Below, piece after piece: positions 1 to 9,103 of a stretch of 62,946 nt of DNA (position 1 is the stretch's first letter; every line of letters begins with the position of its first letter). The stretch is from Pirellula sp. (GTDB lineage Bacteria > Planctomycetota > Planctomycetia > Pirellulales > Pirellulaceae). Below the pieces are notes generated by a model, which searched no databases, was not told where the DNA came from, and was given only the letters and a program-made list of their open reading frames with translations. The position numbers and the translations under genes are program-made. The DNA lies in contig JANLRK010000672.1 in NCBI GenBank assembly GCA_031361585.1, forward strand, positions 1 to 62,946, written 5' to 3'.

Positions 1-105
1 AAAAGCATTTTGCTGCGGTCCGACTGTAAAGACATCGAGAACATATCAAATCTAAAGTGCATTTCGCCTAAGGACCGTTCGATCAATATCCGTCCGGTTT
101 TTCAA

Positions 106-143
106 GTGGGATAGGCTTCCAGCCTTTTTATACCCCACAAGTC
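106..143 (+). repeat. Left arm of a perfect 38-bp inverted repeat: REP-like half (GTGGGATAGGCTTCCAGCC) plus IS4 left terminal inverted repeat (TTTTTATACCCCACAAGTC)
   Basis: 106-143 is the exact reverse complement of 1668-1705. The inner part resembles the IS50 outer end CTGACTCTTATACACAAGT. Confidence 0.9.
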
Positions 144-1687
144 TGATCTATCCATTGGGGGCGTGAAACGCGACAAATGATCGCTTTGTTTCACGCTTTC
201 ACGGATGAGCATCGCGATGGATACGAATTGGGTCTTGGATGAGTTTGAAGCGGTCAACTTTGGCGACAAACGCCTCAACGATCGGTTAAAACTTTGTATA
301 TCGCAAGCGGCAGGTATCGGCGAGTCGACGCCCGATCGAGCGAAATCCAATGCCGACCTCAAAGCCACTTACCGTCTGGTCGATAATCCAAGGGTCAAAA
401 TGGACGAAATCCTTTCCTGTCACAACCAATCGACGATTGATCGCTGTCGCAAATTTGCTCGCGTCTACCTCGCCCAAGACACCACCGAAGTCGATCTGAC
501 CAAGCCCAAACAGCTCGTTCGTGGTGCCGGACCACTGGGTACCGACAAGCGGCAAGGCTTTTTCTATCACCCGCTTTACGCTATCGCCGAAGACGGATTG
601 CCTCTGGGCGTGGTCGATCAAGTGGTCTGGACTCGTGATCCCAAGTCGCTCGACATACCAGCCAAAGAACGCAAAGCCGAGCGAAAGAAAGCCTGCTTTG
701 AGGAAAAAGAAAGTCACCGCTGGTTGGACATGATGCAGAGCGGCGAGCAGATTGCCCGCAGCCTGCCGGAGACTCAGTTCGTGATGGTCGCCGACAGTGA
801 ATCGGACATTGGTGAAGTCTTCTGCGAAGCGTCCGAACTGCCCGGCAATTATGACTTTATCATCCGGCAAAGTCGCCAGCACTCGATCACCGCCGCAGCC
901 GATTCGGCCACCGGTGAAGAGATCACGGCGGATACGGTCGACGAAGCCTTATCGAAGGCGCTGTGGCGTGGCGAGCGGGTGGTCAGCGTCGGTGGTCGTG
1001 ACGCTCCGGTGCTTCCCGACGACAAGAAGCGCGTCCGCAAACAAGCTCGAGTCTCGCGTGAGGCGACGCTTTCCTTTCGTGCGATCACCGTTACGATTGC
1101 CGGGCCGCGTCGCAGCGGTGGTGGCTCTCTGGAGGACGTGAAGATCCACGTGGTCGAAGCACTCGAACTGAATCCACCGGACGGGGACGTGCCGATCCGC
1201 TGGGTTCTGTTGACGACCCTACCGATTGGCACGAACGAAGAAATTGTCGATGTCCTTGATGGATACGGTGTTCGGTGGGCAGTGGAGTTGTACTTCAAAA
1301 CACTCAAGAGTGGCTTGAAGATCGAAGACATGAAGTACGAAACTCTGGAGCGTTATGTGGTAGCGTTTTCAATGCTTACGGTGGTGGCTTGGCGAGTGGA
1401 ATACCTCAAAGGTGCGACTCGCAGCGACCCCGAAAGTAGCTGCGAAAAATACTTCGCCGCGGGAGAGTGGATGGCGATCATGGCGTTCCTTCGTCGGCCG
1501 GTGGATCGAACGAGGCCGCCAAGGATGCGGGAATTCATGATTTCGATCGCGCAACTGGGCGGCTACATCAATAAAAAATCGCAAGGCACCCCAGGCTCGA
1601 AGACGATATGGCGAGGCATGGCCCGCTTCGACACCATCGTCGAAGCCTTCGCCGCGTTTAACCAAATGACTTGTGGGGTATAAAAAG
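124..1687 (+). mobile_element. IS4-family (IS50/Tn5-like) insertion sequence; ends uncertain by a few bp
   Basis: Single transposase ORF bounded by TIRs; the transposase stop codon lies inside the right TIR. Confidence 0.85.
205..1683 (+). CDS. IS4-family transposase (Tn5/IS50-like, DDE)
   Basis: N-terminal W..EF...FGDKRL..RL motif, QDTT (first D), VADSESD (second D), Y..RW.VE.YFKTLKSG (YREK motif), C-terminal LGGY....Q..PG.KTIWRG. Confidence 0.95.
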   Translation: MSIAMDTNWVLDEFEAVNFGDKRLNDRLKLCISQAAGIGESTPDRAKSNADLKATYRLVDNPRVKMDEILSCHNQSTIDRCRKFARVYLAQDTTEVDLTKPKQLVRGAGPLGTDKRQGFFYHPLYAIAEDGLPLGVVDQVVWTRDPKSLDIPAKERKAERKKACFEEKESHRWLDMMQSGEQIARSLPETQFVMVADSESDIGEVFCEASELPGNYDFIIRQSRQHSITAAADSATGEEITADTVDEALSKALWRGERVVSVGGRDAPVLPDDKKRVRKQARVSREATLSFRAITVTIAGPRRSGGGSLEDVKIHVVEALELNPPDGDVPIRWVLLTTLPIGTNEEIVDVLDGYGVRWAVELYFKTLKSGLKIEDMKYETLERYVVAFSMLTVVAWRVEYLKGATRSDPESSCEKYFAAGEWMAIMAFLRRPVDRTRPPRMREFMISIAQLGGYINKKSQGTPGSKTIWRGMARFDTIVEAFAAFNQMTCGV

Positions 1688-1705
1688 GCTGGAAGCCTAT
1701 CCCAC
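1668..1705 (-). repeat. Right arm of the 38-bp inverted repeat (IS right TIR plus REP-like half GGCTGGAAGCCTATCCCAC)
   Basis: Exact reverse complement of 106-143. Confidence 0.9.
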
Positions 1706-1714
1706 GAGGCGTTT

Positions 1715-2563
1715 TTACTTGATTGGCGAGAACGCAGTCGGCTTGAGGAACAAGCTCTTGACTCCGTTTTTGACGGTCAATGATCCGCCCGCTGCGGCCT
1801 CGGAAGCTTTGTATGCCTTGGTCCAGTCCTCATCGGCCCCGAATTTTCCGAAGGATGCCTTCGCGGCCTCGGGTGAAGCGTGGGCGATGAAGTAAACCAA
1901 GCTATTGCCTGCGGCAGGCAGGTTTGCGTCGAGCTCTGCAGCACCTTTGCCTAAAGGGGAAACTGCTTCAAGCAATTTTGCAGCGGACAGCGGTTCAGCA
2001 TCCAGCACCGAGCAATACAAGATGTTGGTCATTCCGTGCTTACTAAAAAGACCCAAGGTATGATTCTTGAAGCGAGCATTGAGAGCGGCTAGGTTTCCCT
2101 TGGTTGCAACGTATGTACGCAACTCAAAAACTCGATTGCCCACATCTTTTACTTCCAATGCCGGACTGTAGTCATTGACGGTCAAGAAGATCCTTTCAAC
2201 CGACTTGACAGGCTTCTTGCCGTCAATGCTAGATTTTTGGAGGATCTCCTTCCAAGCGGGATCGTTTTGAAAGGCATTCTGAGCAGCCTCGGCTGACGCT
2301 TTGTCTTTATGGCCAATCAATGCAAACACTCGCTCATCGGATGCATCGACGTTGGTCCACGCCCCAGCCAGACTGAGGCCATGTTTCGTCATGATTGGGA
2401 TGCTGCCGTCGGATAGCAGTTTGAGAACATCGGATTGACGTCCTGGTTCTGAGACATAGGAACGCAATTCGTACAGCTTGCTTGTACTAGGCGATTGTGC
2501 AACTGCCAAGGTTCCAGCGATTAGGCAAACTACGATGCTAGATAGAAGAGTCTTGAGGGACAT
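1715..2563 (-). CDS. Exported tandem NIPSNAP-domain protein
   Basis: Signal-peptide-like N-terminus (..LAVA|Q); two repeats starting LYELRSY / VFELRTY and ending L....YSP / LKPTAFSPIK. Confidence 0.85.
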   Translation of the reverse strand: MSLKTLLSSIVVCLIAGTLAVAQSPSTSKLYELRSYVSEPGRQSDVLKLLSDGSIPIMTKHGLSLAGAWTNVDASDERVFALIGHKDKASAEAAQNAFQNDPAWKEILQKSSIDGKKPVKSVERIFLTVNDYSPALEVKDVGNRVFELRTYVATKGNLAALNARFKNHTLGLFSKHGMTNILYCSVLDAEPLSAAKLLEAVSPLGKGAAELDANLPAAGNSLVYFIAHASPEAAKASFGKFGADEDWTKAYKASEAAAGGSLTVKNGVKSLFLKPTAFSPIK

Positions 2564-2763
2564 GGCGACTGTTGATCCTTGAAATTAAAGTTGGGGAAAA
2601 TAAAGTTGGGAAACATTCTGCGATTCAAACGAAACGACAGTATACCAAGCCAACAGCTTGGGTGTTTCGTCTGCGTTGGGCTGTGTGAATAAGTCGATGA
2701 ACGATACAATTCGATTCTCAAAAGAGCAACCGCCAAGAATTACCAAATCCGATCCACGCATTA

Positions 2764-4659
2764 ATGCCGAAACCACTCGAAGCGCACTTCAATCAACTCC
2801 GCGAATGGCTTGACATGGAATCGGACGCCGAGCGCAAACGAATGATAGAGCGCAGGAAGGTGCGTGCTCAAAAGAACGCAGAATCCCGTGGCGATACGTT
2901 GGTCGATCTAGTCGTATCCGACCATCGAATGGGACTTGGTGGACGTTTTCTTTTAACCTTTGTGAAACGCAACCGAACCCTAGATCTCCCTTGGAATCGA
3001 TTGCGAGTCGGCTCACCCGTAATTGCAATGGAGGAATTGACCGAAGGAGATTGTGGTTATGGAATTGTTTGCGGGAAAGATGTAGGGTCGATCGAAGTTG
3101 CTTTTGATGAATGGCCTGAAGGTGAGCGATTCCGGCTGGACCTCTCCATGGACGAAATCACCCGAAATAGACAGCTAACAGCACTAAACTCTATACAAAA
3201 TGCTAGGGCTCGCGTAGCACAACTGCGTGACGTCCTTCTGGGAACACGAGAGCCCCGCTTTGATATTCCGTTGCTTCTCGAATTCGAATTGCATTTCAAC
3301 CAATCGCAACGTCAAGCCATCCAGTTTGCTATGTCTGCTCGAGACCTGGCGATCATCCACGGACCGCCTGGAACGGGAAAAACAACCACGGTGGTCGAAT
3401 TAATTCGGCAATCCGTTTTACGTGGGGCAAAAGTTCTCGCGTGCGCTCCAAGCAATACCGGCGTGGACAATCTACTCGAAAAACTCGTGGCCAATCGCGT
3501 TCGTGTCGTCCGGATTGGGCACCCTGCCCGCGTTCAGGAAGAATTGCAGCCCTTTACACTTGATGCCCAAGTGGAAGCGGATCCATCCATGAAAGTAGTC
3601 GGCGAAATGTTGCGGGAAGCGGAAAAGATTTCACGAAAGGCAAGCAAGTTTACTCGAGCTAAACCGTTGCCTGGTCAGCGAAATGAACTTCGCCAAGAGT
3701 CTAGACGTTTGCGGGACGACGCCAAGGTCTTTGAAAGGCAGGTCATCGCCAATATTCTTGACCGAGCTGACGTGATCTGCGCGACAACCAACTTCGATCC
3801 TGAAATTCTGGGAAATCGCCACTTCGATTTGGCGGTAATCGATGAGGCTTGCCAAAGCACGGAACCGGGTTGTTGGCCTGTAGTTCTACGGGCTGAGCGA
3901 ATCGTCCTGGCAGGTGACCACTGCCAACTTCCACCCACAATAATATCGTCCGAAGCTGCAGCACAAGGGTTTTCTGTCAGCCTTATGGAACGGCTAGTGG
4001 AATATTATGGCGAAACCATCACGAAACAGTTGATCGTGCAGTATCGAATGCACGAAGACATCATGCAGTATTCGTCGAGGTGTTTTTATGACGGAAACCT
4101 TCAGGCGGATGAAACGGTGAGAAGTCATTTGTTGACGGACTTGGTCGCCCCTCCTCACTTGGAGATGCTGCAATCTCCGGTGACGTTTGTCGACACGGCA
4201 GGCGCCGGCTGGGACGAAGAGCAAGAAGTCGATGGCGAGAGTCGCTTCAATCCCCAAGAAGCCAGTTGGATTCTCCAGCAAGTTCGAGAGTTATGCGGCA
4301 CGGGGATCGAGCCAAAGGACATCGCCATTATCGCACCTTACGCTGCCCAAGTCCGATGGCTCAGACAAAATTGCCCCTTCAAGTCAATCGAAATCGATAC
4401 GGTCGATGGATTTCAAGGCCGAGAAAAAGAAGCGATTTTGATTACGTTGGTTCGATCCAATGCGAATTCCGAAATTGGATTCCTCGGAGATACGCGCCGA
4501 ATGAACGTAGCACTTACGCGAGCGAAACGGAAATTGATAGTCATTGGTGATAGCGCGACCTTGGCTAACAACCTTTTTTATGCCGAAATGATCGGGTTCT
4601 TTGAATCGATAGCTGCCTACCGAACGATCTGGGAGTGGGACCCAGCCATGGAAAACTAA
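2764..4659 (+). CDS. SF1 Upf1/IGHMBP2-like helicase (AAA_11/AAA_12)
   Basis: GPPGTGKTT, CAPSNTGVDN, IDEACQ, LAGDHCQLPP, QYRMH, TVDGFQGREKE, RRMNVALTRAK. Confidence 0.93.
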   Translation: MPKPLEAHFNQLREWLDMESDAERKRMIERRKVRAQKNAESRGDTLVDLVVSDHRMGLGGRFLLTFVKRNRTLDLPWNRLRVGSPVIAMEELTEGDCGYGIVCGKDVGSIEVAFDEWPEGERFRLDLSMDEITRNRQLTALNSIQNARARVAQLRDVLLGTREPRFDIPLLLEFELHFNQSQRQAIQFAMSARDLAIIHGPPGTGKTTTVVELIRQSVLRGAKVLACAPSNTGVDNLLEKLVANRVRVVRIGHPARVQEELQPFTLDAQVEADPSMKVVGEMLREAEKISRKASKFTRAKPLPGQRNELRQESRRLRDDAKVFERQVIANILDRADVICATTNFDPEILGNRHFDLAVIDEACQSTEPGCWPVVLRAERIVLAGDHCQLPPTIISSEAAAQGFSVSLMERLVEYYGETITKQLIVQYRMHEDIMQYSSRCFYDGNLQADETVRSHLLTDLVAPPHLEMLQSPVTFVDTAGAGWDEEQEVDGESRFNPQEASWILQQVRELCGTGIEPKDIAIIAPYAAQVRWLRQNCPFKSIEIDTVDGFQGREKEAILITLVRSNANSEIGFLGDTRRMNVALTRAKRKLIVIGDSATLANNLFYAEMIGFFESIAAYRTIWEWDPAMEN

Positions 4660-4662
4660 ACC

Positions 4663-4684
4663 GACCGGTTGAAAGCCTATCCCA
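4663..4684 (-). repeat. Degenerate solo REP copy of the family flanking the IS4
   Basis: GACCGGTTGAAAGCCTATCCCA resembles ..AGGCTGGAAGCCTATCCCAC at 1686-1705; it lies between convergent genes. Confidence 0.6.
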
Positions 4685-5170
4685 TTATATCACCTCGATC
4701 ACCTCGCGGGATTCAGGCAGAATGGGTGCCCAAGCTTCGGCCGAAAGTCGACGTTCGAGCGCTTCGTGTTCCATGATTGCCTCGTACAGGCGTTTCATTT
4801 GATGCCAAATTCCAAGCGTTTCACTGGATAAAGTGCCGCAGTATTCCAGATCATCCAATTGCTCGCTTAATGCGACACACATCAACACGATTCCAAGATG
4901 CTGGTCAAGTGCCTTAGAGACGTTTCGATCTTGGTGTTGGCTCGGACCAGCGACAAATCCGAATGTCTCTTCCAAACGAAATTGGGCAGAAAGTTCCTCA
5001 CGAAGGCGCCGCAACAGTAAGCCAGCCTCTTGCTCAATCCAATCCCCGCAGAATGGTTCTTGGGTATAAGAGCCTAATGTGTTTACGTCTTCCCAGAGTG
5101 GCGAATTGCATTCTTTGAGCTCGTTCATGAATGCGCTATTTACCACCCGGACGTATCCAACTGAAGTCAT
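4685..5170 (-). CDS. Hypothetical helical protein, possibly hemerythrin-like fold
   Basis: GAGGTG RBS before the ATG; F..EE..G, QH and HE..E motifs reminiscent of hemerythrin/HHE domains. Confidence 0.55.
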   Translation of the reverse strand: MTSVGYVRVVNSAFMNELKECNSPLWEDVNTLGSYTQEPFCGDWIEQEAGLLLRRLREELSAQFRLEETFGFVAGPSQHQDRNVSKALDQHLGIVLMCVALSEQLDDLEYCGTLSSETLGIWHQMKRLYEAIMEHEALERRLSAEAWAPILPESREVIEVI

Positions 5171-5599
5171 CGCAACACCTCGCCATTAAGTTTGTGGGAG
5201 TTTGGTATCGAGCAATACAAATCGCAACCACCGAACGAGCTGACGCACGTTTCGAATTGCGAACGAAGATTTGAATACCTCAGGATGACGAGCGTTTTCG
5301 AAGGTAAAATCGCAAGGCGATTCTTCTTGTACAACGACTCCACTTGTTGCTTTTCATGAACGTAACATGTTTGCACGCCGCTCGCAACTTTTTTCTAAAA
5401 GTACTTTATCGAAGGGAAACGGCACCGTGCCCACATGCTCTTCAATGGAATCGGGGGTAGAATGTAGCCTATTGCAACAGACAATTTAAGATAATCCATC
5501 AACGCTCTAGCGAGCGTGGTTACGGTCGGCTTTGAAGTAACGATGGAGCTAGGCTTTTGTTGCTTGCTCACGTCCCAAATGAATTACGGATAATGCTTC

Positions 5600-6694
5600 G
5601 TGGCTGAACGATCAAAAAGCACTGATGTGCCAAAAGAACATGCGATTAACGAACTAGATGACTATGACTTTGAATTGCCCCGTGAACTAATTGCACAGGA
5701 GCCTACGCAAAAACGCACCGATTCGCGGATGATGGTGATTCACAGGTCCACGGGGCACATCGATCACGTTTCCGTTCGCGATCTACCCTCTTTTTTGCGT
5801 GCAGGTGACGCAATGGTCGTCAATGACTCAAAAGTAATACCTGCGCGCCTAGTCGGTTTTCGAGCCCAAACCCGCGGCCGCTGGGAGGGGCTTTTTCTTC
5901 GCGAAGAAAACGGAGTTGCAGAACTCATCTGCAAAACACGGGGCTACATTCAACCTGGTGAGGAGATCGTAATTCGCGATCCCGAAGGGCGGGAAACTCA
6001 AAAGCTTGTCGTCGTCGCTGGCTCGGAGAAGGGTCACATGCTGTTGAAACCAGATCCGGTTATTCCTTGGCAGGAATTGCTTGAGGCAAACGGGCGAGTT
6101 CCCTTGCCGCCTTACATTCGAGATGGGCTTATGACTACGCTAGATAAAGAACGCTATCAAACTGTTTACGCAAGAAACCCAGGTTCTGTTGCCGCCCCAA
6201 CTGCCGGACTTCACATCACACACGAACTCATTCAACGAATTCGCACAGCGGGAGTAGCTTTCGTATCTCTGACCTTGCATGTCGGACTAGGTACCTTTCG
6301 TCCAATTCAGTCGGCCAAATTGTCAGAGCATCAGATGCATAGCGAGTATGCACAAATCACTGAACCGGTGGTAAAACGTTTGGCTAGTTGTCGCTCGGAG
6401 GGTGGACGTATCATCGCCGTTGGAACGACCTCAGCGCGAACGCTCGAGACCGCAGTCCAAGCAGGCAACGGATCATTGGTACCCTGGAGTGGAAATACCG
6501 ATATCTTCATTCGTCCCGGGCACCCGTTTAAAGCGGTAGACATTTTGCTCACCAATTTCCATTTGCCTCGTAGTAGCCTTTTGGTGCTTGTCAGTGCATT
6601 TGCCACTCGGGAACTGATGCTTGAAGCATACCGCAAAGCCATTGAACATGAGTATCGGTTTTTCAGTTATGGCGATTGCATGCTGATCCTATAG
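5600..6694 (+). CDS. queA: S-adenosylmethionine:tRNA ribosyltransferase-isomerase QueA
   Basis: YDFELPRELIAQEP, NDSKVIPARL, PLPPYI, YQTVYA..PGSVAAPTAGLH, TLHVGLGTF, TNFHLPRS, YRFFSYGDCMLIL. Confidence 0.97.
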   Translation: MAERSKSTDVPKEHAINELDDYDFELPRELIAQEPTQKRTDSRMMVIHRSTGHIDHVSVRDLPSFLRAGDAMVVNDSKVIPARLVGFRAQTRGRWEGLFLREENGVAELICKTRGYIQPGEEIVIRDPEGRETQKLVVVAGSEKGHMLLKPDPVIPWQELLEANGRVPLPPYIRDGLMTTLDKERYQTVYARNPGSVAAPTAGLHITHELIQRIRTAGVAFVSLTLHVGLGTFRPIQSAKLSEHQMHSEYAQITEPVVKRLASCRSEGGRIIAVGTTSARTLETAVQAGNGSLVPWSGNTDIFIRPGHPFKAVDILLTNFHLPRSSLLVLVSAFATRELMLEAYRKAIEHEYRFFSYGDCMLIL

Positions 6695-7842
6695 TTCAAA
6701 TACTCTCGTGCCATTTGGCATCGATATGCATCGTGACCGCTCCTACTTCAAGCCCAATCATTCAGCCTGTGACTAATCAACTCGATCCTTGGGTAGGGCT
6801 GGACATCGGGGGCGCTAACCTCAAAGCGGCACATACGTCAGGTTGGTCGCAAAGCATAAGTTTCGCAATGTGGAAAGAGTGGCGAACACTCTCGCACTCG
6901 ATCGCCACATTACTCGACAATTGCCCGGCGTTCGTTGGCGTTGCAGTCACAATGACAGGAGAGCTTGCCGATTGCTTTGAGACGCGAGCCGAGGGAGTCG
7001 CTGTTATTTTGGAACAACTGACATCCATCCTTCCCGCTTCCATGGTAAGGGTCTATAGCGTGGACGGTACTTGGAAAACGGTCTCGCAATCGGCGCGGGT
7101 TCCGTGGAGTGTAGCGGCTTCCAACTGGCATGGGCTAGCGAGATTCGTGACTCGACTTGTTGGTAACAAGTCCTGTTTGCTTTTCGATGCAGGTTCCACG
7201 ACGACGGATCTTATACCTATTCAGGACGGTGAGATTTTCCTAGAGGCTCGAACTGACTCCCAACGTCTACAGGCAGGCGCCCTAGTCTACACTGGCGTCG
7301 AACGATCCAACATCGCAGGCATTGTTAATGAGGTTACTCTCTTCGGTCTTTCCTGTCCGGTCATGAATGAACATTTCGCTACCTCGCGCGATGTCTATAT
7401 GTGGTTAAAAAAGATGGAAGGCTCGCCAAACTGCTACGAAACTGCGGACAACCGGCCAGCCACGCGCGAGGCTGCTCGGTTTCGCTTGGCCCGTGTCGTG
7501 GGTGAGGACGGCTCAACACTTGCTGATTCCGACATCGATCTAGTTGCTGAACAAATAGCAAGCGCGCAAACACAATTGATTGCCAATGCATTTTCTAAGC
7601 TAGCAGCGAGCAGTGCTAAGAACCAATCCGCGCAGACCAAGAAATCTCGAGCGGGATTGCACGTGTTCGAATGTGTCGTCATCAGTGGACACGGCGATTT
7701 CCTAGTCGAGTCCGCTTTGGCTGCTGGTGGCTGGGTTGGCAAACGGATTCAATTGCGGGAGACGTTAGGCGTCGAGTTATCCCGGTGCGCTACCGCATAC
7801 GCGATTTCGGTACTGGCCTCCGAGGAGTTGCATAGGGACTAG
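6676..7842 (+). CDS. H4MPT/methanofuran-linked C1 pathway protein (Orf9/MfnF-like, hydantoinase/oxoprolinase family); true start probably a downstream GTG (~6733 or 6769)
   Basis: GLDIGGANLK, VTMTGELADCF, AASNW, DAGSTTTDLIPI, LVYTGV.R, E.FATSRD, TADNRP. Confidence 0.85.
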   Translation: MHADPIVQILSCHLASICIVTAPTSSPIIQPVTNQLDPWVGLDIGGANLKAAHTSGWSQSISFAMWKEWRTLSHSIATLLDNCPAFVGVAVTMTGELADCFETRAEGVAVILEQLTSILPASMVRVYSVDGTWKTVSQSARVPWSVAASNWHGLARFVTRLVGNKSCLLFDAGSTTTDLIPIQDGEIFLEARTDSQRLQAGALVYTGVERSNIAGIVNEVTLFGLSCPVMNEHFATSRDVYMWLKKMEGSPNCYETADNRPATREAARFRLARVVGEDGSTLADSDIDLVAEQIASAQTQLIANAFSKLAASSAKNQSAQTKKSRAGLHVFECVVISGHGDFLVESALAAGGWVGKRIQLRETLGVELSRCATAYAISVLASEELHRD

Positions 7843-7846
7843 TTTT

Positions 7847-8455
7847 ATGACGGAGCGGATCGTAATCAAAATCGGTGGAGCGACACTTTTCCAGCCCAAC
7901 GGCTTTGAAAAAGTGCTCAGGTCACTATTGAATCAAAATCAAAATGCACAAGTTTGGCTTTTGATTGGCGGCGGAGATTTGATTGAGTCGATGCGAACTA
8001 TTCATCAAATTTATCCCTCCCTAAACGACGAGGAACTTCACTGGCGATGTGTTGAGTTGTTGGACCATACGTGGGCCATCGCAAGGGAAATTGTTTCCTT
8101 GAGCCATTCAATCACCAACTGTGAGGAGTTGGATCGGGCATCCCTTGATCGAAGTACGACTTTTGTATGTTGGGTGCGAGTTCAGGCTTTCTACAACCGT
8201 AACAACTGCGACTTCATACCGAAAAAGTGGCTTCCGCAATCGAATTGGAACACCACCTCAGATGCTTTAGCGTGGCTGCTGGGAAAGATGATCGACGCGG
8301 ATCGAGTTATCCTCATTAAGAAATGCGAGTGCGATCCGAATTTGTCGATGGCGGAAGCTGCTAACCGCGGCATCATCGATTCGGAGTTGGCAAGACTCGT
8401 ACAGTCAAACCCTGGGGAGCGACCGATCGTAGACTTGCATCCTTCGATGCGATAA
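7847..8455 (+). CDS. Amino-acid-kinase-family protein (Orf21/MfnE-like)
   Basis: VIKIGG, LIGGG, E.LHW, LP.SNWNTTSDALA, GIID; adjacent to the MfnF-like gene. Confidence 0.75.
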   Translation: MTERIVIKIGGATLFQPNGFEKVLRSLLNQNQNAQVWLLIGGGDLIESMRTIHQIYPSLNDEELHWRCVELLDHTWAIAREIVSLSHSITNCEELDRASLDRSTTFVCWVRVQAFYNRNNCDFIPKKWLPQSNWNTTSDALAWLLGKMIDADRVILIKKCECDPNLSMAEAANRGIIDSELARLVQSNPGERPIVDLHPSMR

Positions 8456-8490
8456 CGCAGTTCGAGTGCGTCCAATGGAATGCCGAAGGC

Positions 8491-9075
8491 CTATGAGTCG
8501 ATCGAGTCGAGATCAAACTCAGAGATCGGCCTGTCGAGGCCCGAACCTTCCGACTTCGGTGGATCTTTTTGTTTAGACGATCGAATGGACGTGACGACCA
8601 ATCGACCGACATCCAGTCGGATCACACGCACCAATTTGCCAGCATCGATTGGACCGCTTTCGCTAAAAGCCTCGTAGCTCTGATTTCCGATTTGTACCAA
8701 GCCGCTGGGGATCATCTCACCCATAGCGATCCCCTCGGCGCCAATGAGCGAATGAAAGTCTTTTGATTTGGCTGCGTCCGACCATACAAATTCACCCGCG
8801 CGTTCCGGTGCACTAGTCATCCGACGTCCAATCGGCGTTCTTGGCCAGAGTTCCAAAAACCCCCAAATCATCAACGGAGCGGCCCCAAGTGTTGCAATCA
8901 ACATCCAAACGCCAGCATTGGTGCTATAACGAAACGCCACTAAGACTGCGGCAAAAGCAAAACAAGCCGTCACACCAATCAATACACCGCCCGTTGGGAT
9001 CATTAGATCGATAGCAAAGATAACCAAAGCGGCGATGAACAACAAGATTGCAATCGCAAGGAGTGACAAGTCCAA
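8491..9075 (-). CDS. NfeD-like membrane protein (short form)
   Basis: Three hydrophobic helices (IPTGGVL), then an OB-fold pattern LIGAEG.....PSG.V.I....YEA.S....I..G..VRV. Confidence 0.8.
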   Translation of the reverse strand: MDLSLLAIAILLFIAALVIFAIDLMIPTGGVLIGVTACFAFAAVLVAFRYSTNAGVWMLIATLGAAPLMIWGFLELWPRTPIGRRMTSAPERAGEFVWSDAAKSKDFHSLIGAEGIAMGEMIPSGLVQIGNQSYEAFSESGPIDAGKLVRVIRLDVGRLVVTSIRSSKQKDPPKSEGSGLDRPISEFDLDSIDS

Positions 9076-9103
9076 AACCTCTCGAAAAACATGGAAGATT
9101 AAT

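Noticed and set aside
286-1331. Long antisense ORFs inside the transposase (286-882, 849-1331) and similar shadow ORFs elsewhere
   Set aside because: They overlap well-supported genes on the opposite strand and show no family motifs.
2586-2610. TAAAGTTGGG direct repeat upstream of the NIPSNAP gene as an operator
   Set aside because: Two 10-mers with 15-bp period and no adjacent regulator; insufficient evidence.
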